DNA of 64,000 nt from Anthoceros angustus (taxonomy: Eukaryota > Plantae > Anthocerotophyta): NCBI GenBank assembly GCA_010909165.1, contig VJWM01000310.1:1-64000 (forward strand), in the 5' to 3' direction. This document shows positions 38,806 through 51,329 of the stretch, one piece after another. Position 1 is the first letter of the stretch, and the number at the start of each line of letters is the position of its first letter. Both the position numbers and the translations under genes were made by a program. Under the pieces are notes generated by a model. It saw only the letters and a program-made list of their open reading frames with translations, was not told the origin of the DNA and did no database searches.

Positions 38806-40624
38806 CGAGAGGTAAATAGGAGATGGGAAGTCCAAGCATAAACTCGTTACGCAGCCAGCCAAGCACGTCCAGTAGTTCGCAAATACGTAGGTAGGTAGGT
38901 AGATCATGAAATGCGACAGTCTCATAATCATGAAAGGATTGTACGATTGAGACCGCATTGAGGCAGACCACGTTACGGGCGATAGGAGGTCAAATGTCCA
39001 TGGCTCACTTCAGGACTCTATGGAGGGCAAGGTCACCAAAAGCGTGGGTAGGCACCGCATATTCCTCTTCACCCGGTCACGGTGGCCTCGGATTTATGGG
39101 CATTGCGACAAGCCATGCGAGGTTAAAAACAAGCGGATGAGGGAGATGGGATGCTTGTGTTTCCCTTAGAGTCGGCAAAGAGATGCTTTGCGGATGTCTC
39201 AACACCTCTCCACTCGTCATTGGGATACCTTTTCAAATAGGCGAGAAGTGGAGAAGCAAATCGAACCTCAACCAACCAACCAAGAGATAGCTTGTTGGAA
39301 CAAGAGCCATAGCTCCATACAAGAACCGAAATTAGGGGTACAATTAAAAAGGCGCTTTCTTATAGAAAGGCTGTTGTGGCCAAAGTCTTGTTTCCTTATC
39401 GCGTTCGGCATGACATTGCAAACCCAACCGCACTTCAAGAGTAAACAAGGTCTCCTAAGAGTGGGAGCGGCTCCTCGTCTGGTTTTGAGGGTGAAATTTG
39501 GGACACAGAAACAAAAAGCTTGAATTTCATAATTTGCAGAATTTTTAAAAATTGCATGATAAAGATGTGACTTTAAGAATGAAACCATGCATTTCAATGG
39601 TTTTAAGGTAATAAGACCTTCACATGGTCTACACTCCTCCAAGTTCTCATGAATTTACGCCAATTCTTTAAGATGATACATGCAATTTATAGGCCGCACA
39701 AAATGGATATTAAAAAGGTCCACAAAAATGAGTTTAAGGGTCCTACGAGAAAAAAAAAGCGGCACATTGTCATACTTGTATGACCCCAGACATCCGGTGA
39801 ATGTGCGAATGGTATGAATCCATTTTAGGCAGTGCGGGCCGAGGTTGCACCAGAAATTGGATGAAATCTCAACTTCATACCGGCTGGCCTTTCGGACACA
39901 CCATGCGGGAATCTATTTACAATTGCGGGTTCAATGCGGTCTTTCCACGCATCGTGACATCGTCCCTTTACATGCATATGATGAATGCATTCATCATGTC
40001 CGCGACTAATCACCCGCGCGGCGAAGGCTTTCCACCACAATAGACCCCGTGTGGCCGTGTTCAGACCGAATTTCTTATAGCAATGCATTTCGCTATTCGT
40101 TGAGTGCGGTATAAGCGCCCGCCATGGTCGATATGCGATTTGCAATTCGATAAGGTCTCGGCCATGACACTTCACGCACATGGATGAAGCTCGGAATCGG
40201 GTGCCACTCGCCTTCCCTCGCCTCGGTCTCGCAGGGGCCTCATGCACACCAATGCGTCGGCCCGTGGCGTGCGATGCACAGGAAATGGCGATTGGGCGGC
40301 GTGGCGTGCGATCTGGGAAATGGCGATTGGGCGGCGTGGCGTAGTTCGTCAATCCCCTTTTCACGGTGTTCGATTGAAGGATATGCATGAGGATGCTCAT
40401 TGATGCAATGTTGTTCGAGCGCCATGTTTCTCCCTTGCGGCGATCGCGTGAACAAAAATGGTTACGCGAGCTTGGATCAAGCTGGACACAATGGACACCG
40501 AACAGCCTTTATCACCGTGTCCGGTGTTGTGCAAGACACAGGCCGTATCGCCATAAGTTGTCTCAAAGCTTTGGAGTCCAACACAAAAAGCAACGTTAAC
40601 CGGTGGTCGTCTGATTTCTAGCCC

Positions 40625-43600
40625 TCACAACTCTCTCCCAATCCCAGTTCGGATGCTACAAGTTTGTTTTGGTATCTGGAAGTTGTGGAGAGTCAATCGA
40701 GCCATCATACTTCTCGTCTCAAGGATGGACCTCGATCCATCATTTAATGTTGCGGCAAAAGCCTCTTCTGCAGCCATCTCGCCAATGTCTGCGTCTTTCT
40801 CACTAACCTCCCACGCCGACGGATGTCCTACAACACCAGTCGAAAGTGGATCTGACACGCCTCCAATTGTGCATCGCGTCTTCTTGTCTGCACGCCGCGG
40901 ACCCACAAAAAGCGACCTCGGCCACTGCGGCGGTGTTCACCATGGGCTCTTTGCTGCACGTCTTGGGTGCACGCATCAACGTCTCCCACCTCCTCCTCCT
41001 CGCTTGGCGGTTGTCCATCGTATTGAGCCGCAACCCATGAATTGCCTTTGCTGGGATCTCGTCTATCGAAATGACATTGCGGCGGACTTGAGGGGCTACC
41101 ATGCGAACGGGCCTGCACAACCATCTAGGATCCACTCGCCTTCCATGTACAGCTCAATCAACTTCCTCAACAATCTAATGGGCTTCGGTGGAAACCACCC
41201 TATCATCTCGTGTTGTAACATAGCTTATGTTCCATGACCTTCTCAAAAACAAGTTGTCAACCCTCTGCGTCATTCATAACATCGGTGATGCGAGGAGAAA
41301 TCGAGGCGGACAATCACGCTTTAAGGAGCTGCGCCGTGGTGATGTAATCACACCGCATCATCTGACTTATCTGTGGAGGTGCCGTCACATTAGTTTTGTG
41401 CGAGCGGGGCGTGACACCACCTTTACATCGCAAGCAAAACTTCACGAACCATGGACATATCATCGTGAATGGAATACCACGACTCGAAAAACCTCGACGT
41501 TGTGATGCCACGGAATGTCATTATGATCTTCTCAAATTCACGAGTGAACCGTGTCATACTCCCTAGAGTTCGCATCCAAATTCAACCCGGGGCAAGTCCA
41601 GAGAATCATGGCAAGCGGACGGGTTCTAGAAGCTGGGCCATCCGCGATGTTGCCACATACTATACCTACCTGCGGGTTCTCCGTCATCCACGAAAGTCTA
41701 ACTTTTGATCTTGGAGGCCTCCAACAATTGTCGCGCTCATCGCCATTATCCTCCAAGCTTTGGCTTTCAAAACATGTTCCTTGAAATTGTCGAGTGCACT
41801 CCACTCGAGGCAGGCATTGGCCAGCGCACGCAATGGCAAAGTTCCAATCACGACGTGGAAACAAACCATGCGCAAACAAGCATATTGCTTAGTACATATC
41901 ACATGCCGGGTGGCGGTGCTTGCTCCATGTCACTTACCATATTTTTGAATGCCGGTTGAAAGTTCGATCTGCTCCACCGTCTTTGTATTGAGGGTATCGA
42001 TCCCTAACTGCTGGAAAGTCTCACAATTTTCTTCGCAAGGGTGATGTGAATGAGGTTCAATTTTTGGCCTTCTCCACCCACTCTTGCATTTGCTTCAAGC
42101 TCATTTCTCCAGCCAAAACCTTCATGCCGCTCTTCAAATTGTTGTTGCTGCTGAGTGCTCGATACCACGAAAACACTTCCACACTCTCACGGAACATCCG
42201 ATTCCTTCACATCGATGACCACAAGATCTCTCGTGGCTGCATTTCCTCGACTTCCTTGTAGCCTTCACTTTGTTTTGCTAGTGCTCGGGCGGCATCTATC
42301 TCGCCGTAGTTGCTTACATTCCCACTTCTAAAATCTAGTCCACATACCTCCACACTTCTTCGTCAACTTTTGCCACACAATAATCCGGTGTCCTATTGTC
42401 CACGGTGATCGCACCTTGGGGCCATGCTTGGCGCATCCCACTTGGGGATCACGCCTGTCGTGCATACACATCTAGCTTCCAATCCACGCCACACTTCAAA
42501 CCCTTGACCTCCAGGGGCAACTCACTTACGATGCGCACGGTCCATGAAGGTAAATGTCTTCTGGCGTCGCTATGGTGTTGTGGTCCGTGGCTACAATCCT
42601 CATCTCGTCCTCGGTGAGTCCGAGCACATATGCATCCATCCACTTGTACTCTTCCACCGGCAGATGAGGCAGTAGGGACCTTGCACGGAAGGAATGGTTT
42701 CCCCTAAGACGAAAAAATGTAATCCCCTGCCCACCTTCTCGAACGTCAAATTCTCTTGTGTAGCACATTGTGGCGGATCCACAACCACAACCATGGGCAA
42801 CACACCAGCCACCCAGGGACAATGCTTCATCTTTTGCATCAAAGCCTCTACCCATGCGAGATCCAACTTCCTCACCCTGGCTGCCTGACACAATTCCTCG
42901 GGGGGTCTGCAACACTTGATTGGCAGCTTCAGAGTAGACTCCCACACTCTCTTCATTGCGATACCGTCCCTTTCCACGTCCGGCTTGCATCTGCTTTGAT
43001 GGCAGCAAGCCTGTCATCGTCTGTAGCCACCGCGCTATCCTTGGCAATCTCCACAAACCTGGGAAGCGGTTCATCCTCCTCCTCCGACTCTTCGCTCCCA
43101 ATTGCAATTGCAGGCTTCTCCCGTTTTGCCCTTGCCTTCTTGGCTTTGCCACTACCGCGGGCCTGCGCCTTCTCATCGATTGGTTTGCCATCTCCAGCTC
43201 CTCCCTCATCGCCCCTTTGATGCATTCCCCAGGCGGCGACTGCTGCACCCTCCTGCGATCCGGGACAAGCCTTCAAGACCGCCGTGAGCAATCATGCGAT
43301 GGGGCGGGACCTCGAGGTCATGCTCATCGTCATTAGCCTCGCGGTCTCCTTCCAGTGAGCCATCTTCACCGTCTTGATCATCTCCTCGGCGGGTAGGGCG
43401 CCATGCATAGTCCTCTGTGTCCTCACCGTCGTTCTCCATATCCTCGTCATACCCGGTCAAGCTAGCTTCCTTACAGCCTTGAAGAATCACAAAGTCTGGC
43501 GAGTCAAAACCGGGGCGTCGGTGCACACAGACGCATCGGCTCGGGGGCACGAAGCCGATCTTTCTTGGATCATTTGCAATTGGTTGTATTGCGGACCTAC

Positions 43601-43919
43601 GAGCGGATGCGGTGCTAGGATGTTTCCCCACCATGGCATTGCGGGGATGCTTCCCTCGAGATGCCTTTTGCTCGGTTGCATCCCACCGAAGTCAAGGCCG
43701 CATGCCCTGTGAAATGATTCCCGCCATCTTGAAGATGCTTCCACATGCTACATTGTTGCTTCTGGCGGATGCACTTTGCTGGTGTGCTTACGGCGGATGC
43801 CGCTTGGATGCTTTGAATTCCGTCAAGTCGATGTACGTCCTATGCCGCCTTTCAGATGATCCACCACCAGCATGGCAAGACTTTTTGATGGCGGCCGGGC
43901 GGCGCACAATCCGTGTCGT
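40625..43919 (-). CDS. ParB/Srx-like domain plus beta-class N4-cytosine/N6-adenine DNA methyltransferase fusion protein (~1000 aa; frameshifted in assembly, 5' end cut by an LTR-like insertion)
   Basis: Acidic N-terminus (43206-43500). ParB-like RKLDLAWVEALMQKM...LPMVVVVD...FFVLGGNHSFRA...GLTEDEMRIVATDHN (~42570-42900). Helical linker KVLAGEMSLKQMQEW and CETFQQ.RDRYPQY. Motif-IV-like IVCGN...MIL-DLP-GLN...EYD (~41550-41665). KPIRLLRKLIELY-MEGEWILDGCAG...RRNVISIDE (41060-41185), the SAM-binding motif X-I-II region of N6_N4_Mtase. Confidence 0.78.
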
Positions 43920-44384
43920 TGTAGGAAGAAGTCCGTTCCCAAAGGAATGATAGGCCCGTTTACGCGTTTGGTGATTCTTACCGTCCTTAGCGCTCGTTCG
44001 GTCTCAACACACATACTCCTAACTACTCTCGACCCGTAGGCCGGTATGGCCAAGCGTTTAAGGACCCGTTCGCGTCCGTATCGTTCACACCATCCTCACG
44101 CATCGGTCCTTTCCTCTCTCCTCTCACGCTACACTCTTGATCTTAGAAAAAGGCGCAGTTCTGTGATCCGGACCTCCTCGTCGTTCGCGGGCCTCTCGTC
44201 CGGGCTCTACACCCTCCGGAGTTCCTCCGGCTCACGCGTTCAGTCCGTTCGGTGTCGGACGCGGCTCTCGGGCGAGCACGGGTCACGATCACCCTTCCAC
44301 ACACACCACAGCGTTAAGTCGTCACGGGACCTTGATCAATCTCCCGGGCGCCGTGCACCTTTCGGTGACTCGGGACTCACGTTA

Positions 44385-45303
44385 GCAAGAAGAGATCACA
44401 CGGGGTGCATCACGACGTATGAATTGCAAAGGGCTGCAAGTATGAAGCGTGAGGCCGTGGATGACATGCGAGGAGACATGGATAGCAAGGAGGGTTGGTA
44501 CGAGATGTTGTGGAGGTGAGAAGTTCAACGAGGATAAGTTCATTTTATTCTTGATGAGTGTTATGCACAAGCCAATTGGGTGTGTTGGACAATGGAATGT
44601 AAGAACTCCAGGAGTTAAGGTCCTAGGGGTGGATCAAGACCGGATGGGGCACCTTTTGTGGGGTGTTTCAAATTGTTATATTTGCGAAGTCGCATGAGAG
44701 CTAATTGGGAGAGGGTTTGAGGGTCACGCGAAGGAGGTGGTGGGTGGATGTAGGCATGGCACCCCCACCGTAGGGGAGGCATCCTACAGGGGTAGTATGT
44801 AGGAGGGTAAAGGCAGGAGGGTGTCCATGTAGGATAGGTAGGGCGTCAAGGGACAGTAGATGCAAGTAGTACGAAAGGGGAGGGGAAGAAGTGAATGGTA
44901 GGGTGACCAAGGTGACCACATAGTGCGGGTGTGAAAGGTGACCCCACATAGTAGACGAGGTGACCCCACGATTGAATTGGATAGGTAGGGCGCCATGCAT
45001 AGTCCTCTGTGTCCTCACCGTAGGGAGTGGTGAGGTCTCCCACGGGCAGGCGGCGACACCCCTACTTGGATACTTGGGAAGCAAGTTTTCATTATACTAA
45101 GCAAGTCAGACAGGTTGAGTGGAAGTTGTTAAAAGGGCGATATGCAAGGTTGAGGATAAATAGGGTATATTAGGAATAATAATCCATAAATATGTAAGGT
45201 GTAGTGTAGGGTGTTTATAACAAGTAGGGCTACTAAATCGAGGATTGGAAATAGTGCCACCGGCAAGGAATCAACGCCTATATCAAGAGTTTTGTCCACA
45301 ACC
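44385..45303 (+). mobile_element. Ty3/Gypsy 3'-UTR, PPT and first ~160 bp of LTR (fragment)
   Basis: Near-identical to 51395-52318. PPT-like aaaagggcgata is followed by TG at 45143. Confidence 0.85.
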
Positions 45304-46409
45304 ACAACCATGGGCAACACACCACCAGGGGACAATGCTTCATCTTTTGCATCAAAGCCTCTACCCATGCGAGATCCAACTTCCTCACCACAGCTGCGAC
45401 ACAATTCCTCGGGTGTGCAACACTTGATTGGCGGCTTGAGTAGACTCCCACTCTCTTCATTGCGATACCGTCCCTTTCCACGTCCGGCTTGCATGATGGC
45501 GGCAAGCTGTCATCGTCTGTAGCCACGCGCTATCCTTGGCAATCTCCACAAACACGGGAAGCGGTTCATCCTCCTCCTCCGACTCTTGCTCCCAATTGCA
45601 ATTGCAGGCTTCTCCCGTTTGCCCTTGCCTTCTTGGCTTTGCCACTGGGAACTGCGCCTTCTCATCGATTGGTTTGCCATCTCCGGCTCCTCCCTCATCG
45701 CCCCTTTGATGCATTCCCCAGGCGGCTCTGCACCCTCCTGCGATCCGGGACAAGCCACGAAGCCGCTGTGAGCAATCATGCGATGGGGCGGGACCTCGAG
45801 GTCATGCTCATCGTCATTAGCCTCGCGGTCTCCTTCCAGTGAGCCATCTTCACCGTCTTGATCATCTTCCTCCTCGGCGGGTAGGGCGCCATGCATAGTC
45901 CTGTGTCCTCACCGTCGTTCTCCATATCCTCGTCATACCGGTCAAGCTAGCTTCCTTACATGGCCTTGAAGAATCACAAAGTCTGTTGGCGAGTCAAAAC
46001 CGGGGTGCACACAGACGCATCGGCTCGGAAGCGGAAGCGCCGATCTTTCTTTGGATCATTTGCAATTGGTTGTATTGCGGACCTGAGCGGATGCGGTGCT
46101 AGGATGTTTCCCCACCATGGCATTGCGAGATGCTTCCCTCCGGATACCTTTGCTCGGTTGCATCGGTGAGAAAATTTCTTGGGTTGCTTTCCTCTTGTGA
46201 AATGATTCCCGCCATCTTGAAGATGCTTCCGATCACGATGCTACATTGTTGCTTCTGGCGGATGCTGGCGGTGTGCTCTTGGATGCCGCTTGGATGCTTT
46301 GAATTCCGGAAATCAAGTCGATGTCGATCTATCTTTTGCCTTTCCGGTAGATGATCCACTACCATGGCAAGACTTTCTTCGATGGCCGGTAAGGCGCAAT
46401 CCCGTGTCG
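45295..46409 (-). pseudogene. Partial copy 2 of the ParB-MTase gene (N-terminal part to start of the ParB domain)
   Basis: Colinear with 42779-43919 (RKLDLAWVEALMQKMKHC, EEEDDQDGEDGSLEGDRE) and has the same LTR-like junction. Confidence 0.85.
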
Positions 46410-46410
46410 T

Positions 46411-47100
46411 TGTAGGAAGAAGTCCGTTCCCAAAGGGAATGATAGGCCCGTTTACGCGTTTGGTGATTCTTACCGTCCTTAGCGCTCGTTCGGTCTCATA
46501 CTCCTAACTACTCTGGCGTTCGTCTGAGGCCGGTATGGCCAAGCGTTTAGGGACCCGTTCGCGTCCGTATCGTTCACATACATCCTTCACGCATCGGTCC
46601 TTTCCTCTCTCCTCTCACGCTACACTCTTGATCTTAGAAAAAGGCAGATTCTGTGATCCGGACCTCCTCGTCGTTCGCGGGCCTCTCGTCCGGGCTCTAC
46701 ACCCTCCGGAGTTCCTCCGGCTCACGCGTTCGATCCGTTCGGTGTCGGACGCGGCTCGGGGCCGGGGTCACGATCACCCTTCCTGCACACACCACAGCGT
46801 TAAGTCGTCACGGGACCTTGATCAATCTCCCGGGTATCGTGCACCTTTCGGTGACTCGGGACTCACGTTAGCAAGAAGACTCACAAAGTGCAAAGCGGCA
46901 TCAACACCAAGAAAGATGCTTTACTAGGCGACCTCGGCCCTCTTATCTCTGCGCCCAAGGTGGCGTCTTTATTACACCCCTATTACGGTGATAGCCATTT
47001 CGGTATACCTAATCGGCCTACGCCTATATCCCCCTATCTCCTTGTTGTGGGGGGAAGGTCACAGGCCCCGCCTCGGAATGGGTGGTCAATCCCCGTCACA
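46411..47100 (-). mobile_element. LTR-like sequence of a second retrotransposon family abutting the ParB-MTase gene (partial copy at 43920-44385)
   Basis: Bounded by TGT...ACA (tgtaggaaga...ccccgtcaca). TATA-like and AGTAAA-like signals lie on the minus strand. There is an abrupt break from coding-like sequence at 43920 and 46411. No matching TSD was found. Confidence 0.45.
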
Positions 47101-47399
47101 GCGGTTGTGGTGCACCCAATCGGATGATCCGTGGCGGGGCCCCTCCTCTCCCGGAATCACAGCCGGGTTGGGCTCTGGCGGCGGTCGACAGCCGTTACCA
47201 CGGCGTCATCCTCCTGGCCTCCACAGGTCCTTGGGTGGGGCCACCGGCTATCGGCTCCCCTAAGCGTAAGTCGAAGGGGCTCCTCCTTCTTGCCTGACCC
47301 GGTCCTCGAGGTCTGTCTCGACTCTGAACGAGTCGGCTTATTCACAGGTCCGGCCTGGGTCCCTTGTCTCAGGTCCGGACCTCGGTCGGTTGTCGGTCC

Positions 47400-49190
47400 G
47401 GACTTGGTGGAACGCGGTGTGTGTGTGCAAGGAGGGTTGGTACGAGATGTTGTGGAGGTGAGAAGTTCAACGAGGATAAGTTCATTTTATTCTTGATGAG
47501 TGTTATGCACAAGCCAATTGGGTGTGTTGGACAATGGAATGTAAGAACTCCAGGAGTTAAGGTCCTAGGGGTGGATCAAGACCGGATGGGGCACCTTTTG
47601 TGGGGTGTTTCAAATTGTTATATTTGCGAAGTCGCATGAGAGCTAATTGGGAGAGGGTTTGAGGGTCACGCGAAGGAGGTGGTGGGTGGATGTAGGCATG
47701 GCACCCCCACCGTAGGGGAGGCATCCTACAGGGGTAGTATGTAGGAGGGTAAAGGCAGGAGGGTGTCCATGTAGGATAGGTAGGGCGTCAAGGGACAGTA
47801 GATGCAAGTAGTACGAAAGGGGAGGGGAAGAAGTGAATGGTAGGGTGACCAAGGTGACCACATAGTGCGGGTGTGAAAGGTGACCCCACATAGTAGACGA
47901 GGTGACCCCACGATTGAATTGGATAGGTAGGTAGGATGAGAGTGTCATGAGAGTGTCTCTCACCGTAGGGAGTGGTGAGGTCTCCCACGGGCAGGCGGGC
48001 GACACCCTACTTGGATACTTGGGAAGCAAGTTTTCATTATACTAAGCAAGTCAGACAGGTTGAGTGGAAGTTGTTAAAAGGGCGATATGCAAGGTTGAGG
48101 ATAAATAGGGTATATTAGGAATAATAATCCATAAATATGTAAGGTGTAGTGTAGGGTGTTTATAACAAGTAGGGCTACTAAATCGAGGATTGGAAATAGT
48201 GCCACCGGCAAGGAATCAACGCCTATATCAAGAGTTTTGTCCACAACCAAAGGGCCATGCAAGGGTGTGTAGGGAGTGGCAGGAAGTCCGTGGAGGAATC
48301 GCGAGGAAGAGCTTGGGCATGTACGGAAAGCTAGAGCAAGGACTTGGTGGAACGCGGTGTGTGTGTGCAAGGAGAAGGAGGTGTGCGCATGTAAGGGGTT
48401 GTGTGTGAAGGGATTTGAAGCACGATCGTGAAGAGAGCAAGGGCTGATTTTTGTGTGTGTCCAACCTTGCAAGTGAGGGATTTGGGGTGCAGGAGGTGTA
48501 TGTTGTGAGGACACCAAGTTTGAGCTAGTGGACCGTGGAGTGAAGAGGAAGTAAGTGAGAAAGGGCAAGTTGCTCACTTGGTGGATCTTGTGTAGTGAAG
48601 AAATCTCACAATTGTGTGTAGGCACCGAGGTGGCAACTAGGTGGAAACGAGCACGGGCGCCTCAAGCTTGTATTGTCTGTAGTTATTTTGAAGGTGCAAG
48701 ATGGTGAAAGCGCCCGCACCTAAGAAGGGCAAATTGGTTAGGGAGCTGTGAGAAGAGGTAGATGCTCAATTTAATTGCTTCCTCGCATGTGGAGGCTAGG
48801 CACTTGGTAGCATTCGGCTGGGCTTTGGTCGAGAACCCAACGGTAATTGCAATGGGTGTATGGCCATCGGGCCTATGTCAACTTGGAGATGATAGAGGAG
48901 TTTCATAAACTTCACTACTATGCCACGGCAGAACCGGGAGGACTAGGGATGCAGGATGGGATCCATCCCGATGACCCCAACACATCCGGCTGTATATGGA
49001 AGACCAAATGAGGAGGCCTGTGAGGGGATTGCGATTATGGAGCTGAAAGGAAGGTTGAGGAGAAGGGGAAGAGAAAAGGAGAATCGGAAGTGTCATGAGC
49101 TACTTGAGAAAGCTATGGACATGTTACAACGCTGCATAAGTCTAGAGAGAAAGGTGGTTGGTGCAATCAAGAACTCAAGGAAGAGAAATG
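47400..49190 (+). mobile_element. Ty3/Gypsy 3'-UTR, PPT and ~1.1 kb of LTR (fragment)
   Basis: 47430-49190 is essentially identical to 51500-53260. The LTR starts at 48088. Confidence 0.88.
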
Positions 49191-51315
49191 GCAAACGGAC
49201 GGGTTCTGAAATCAAGCATCGCGATGTTGCCACATACTATACCCTACCTGCGTGTTCTCCCACGTCATCCCGAAAGTCTGCACCTTTTGCATACTGGAGG
49301 CCTCAACAACAAGCCGCCATTGCCATTCGCCATTATCCTCCAAGCTTTGGCTTTCAAAACATGTTCCTTGAAATTGTCGTAGTGCACTCCACTCGAGAGT
49401 GCATTGGCCCTGGCTGCACGCAATGGCAAAGTTCCAATCACGACGTGGAAAACAAACCATGCGCAAACAAGCATATTGCTTAGTACATATCACATGCCGG
49501 GTGGCCGTGCTGTCAAATCCATGTCACTTACCATATTTTTGAATGCGGTTGAAAGTTGTCGATCTCCCACGGTCGTATTGAGGGAAATATCGATCCCTAA
49601 CTCCGCTGGAAAGTCTCACACCCAGTTCTTCATGGCGATGAAATGAGGTTCAATTTTGGCCTTCTCCACCCACTCTTGCGCATTTGCTTCAAGCTCATTT
49701 CCACCAAAACCTTCATGCCGCTCTTCAAATTGTTGCTCGCCGAGTGCTCGATACCGAAAACACTTCCACACTCTCACGGAACATCCGACCTTCACATCGA
49801 TGACCACAAGATCTCTCGCTGTTGCGCATTTCCTCGACTTCCTTGTAGTTTCACTGCTTACTGCTAGTGCTCGCAGCATCTATCTCGCCGTAGTTGCTTA
49901 TTCCACTTCCTCAAAATCTCTGGCCCACATACCCACACTTCTTCGTCAACTTTGCCACATTAATAATCCGGTCCTATTGTCCACAGCGTGATATCGCACC
50001 TTAGGGCCAGCTTGGTCATCGCATCCCAGGGGATCCCGCCCCTGTCGTGCATACACATCTAGCTTCCAATCCACGCCACACTTCAAACCCCTTCCACCGC
50101 GACAAAGAACTCACTTCGATGCTGCGCAGACACGGTCCATGAAGGTAAATGTCTTCCTGGCGTGCACTATGGTGTTGTGGTCCGTGGCTACAACCTCATC
50201 TCTGGCCTCGAGTCCAGAGCACACATATGCATCCATCCACTTGTACTCTTCCACGGCAGATATGAGACAAATTGGGACCGTCTGAAGGAATGGTGGTTTC
50301 CCCTAAGACGAAAAAAATGTAATCCCCTGCCCACCTTCTCGAACGTCAAATTCTCTTGTGTAGCACATTGTGACGGATCCACAACCACAACCATGGGTAA
50401 CACACCGCCACCCGTGGACAATGCTTCATCTTTTGCATCAAAGCCTCTACCCATGCGAGATCCAACTTCCTCACCCGTCAGCTCGACAATTCCTTCTGCA
50501 ACACTTGATTGTGCCAGTAGACTCCTACACTCTTCATTGCGATATCACTTTCCACGCCCCGGCTTGCATACGCTTTGATGGCGCAGCTCACATCGTCAGC
50601 CACCGCGCTATCCTCGCAATCTCACAAACCCGGAAGCGGTTCATCCTCCTCCTCACTCCGCCTCCCAATTGTAATGTGCTTCTCCTGCTTTGCCTTGCCT
50701 TCTTGCTTTGCCACTACCGGCCCCGCGCCTTCTCATCGATTGGTTTGCCATCTCCACCGCCGCCTTTGATGCATTCCCCACACGGGCGGCGCTGACTGCC
50801 ACACCCTCCTCGCGATCCGGGACAAGCCTTCAAGACCGCCGTGAGCAATCATGCAAGGATGGGGACTCGAGGTCATGCTCATCTCGTCATTAGCCTCGCG
50901 AGTCTCCCTTCCTGCACGAGCCATCTTCACCGTCTTGATCATCTTCGTCCTCCTCGTAGGACGCCTATCTCGCATAGTCCTCTGTGGTCCTCACCGTCGC
51001 CTCCATCTCGCCATACCCGCCGTTAAGCTAGCCTTCTCGTTGAAGAATCACAAAGTCTGTTGGCGGGTAGTCAAAAACCCCAGGACGCTCGGTGCACCGA
51101 CGAGCCTCGGCTCGAGGGCAGCGGAAACCGACGCTTATGCGTCTTTGCTGGATCACTTTCAATTAGTTGCATATTGCCGAACCTGCACGAAGACGGATCA
51201 CGCGTGCTAGGATGTTTCCTCACCTCATGGTATCGCGTAGGATGTTTCACATGCACGGCCGCAGTTGCATCCCACCGAAGTCAAGGCCGCATGCCCTGTG
51301 AAATGATTCCCGCCT
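49190..51315 (-). pseudogene. Partial copy 3 of the ParB-MTase gene (noisier or more diverged)
   Basis: Colinear with ~41610-43725 (LPMVVVVDPSQCATQENLTFEKVGRGLHFF..GNH, DNFKEHVLKAKAWRIMA). Confidence 0.85.
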
Positions 51316-51329
51316 TATTCATACAAGAC

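Noticed and set aside
38651-38971. ORFs with PSAHPPIR repeats
   Set aside because: These are a translation artefact of the 8-mer microsatellite.
38958-39642. Short ORFs on both strands
   Set aside because: They show no motifs, repeat support or consistent strand, so they are left unannotated.
48074-48625. 183 aa minus-strand ORF and similar ORFs at 44701-45084, 47643-48029, 51713-52099 and 52144-52695
   Set aside because: They are the antisense of G-rich UTR/LTR sequence, low-complexity P/H/L/T-rich, and show no domain motifs.
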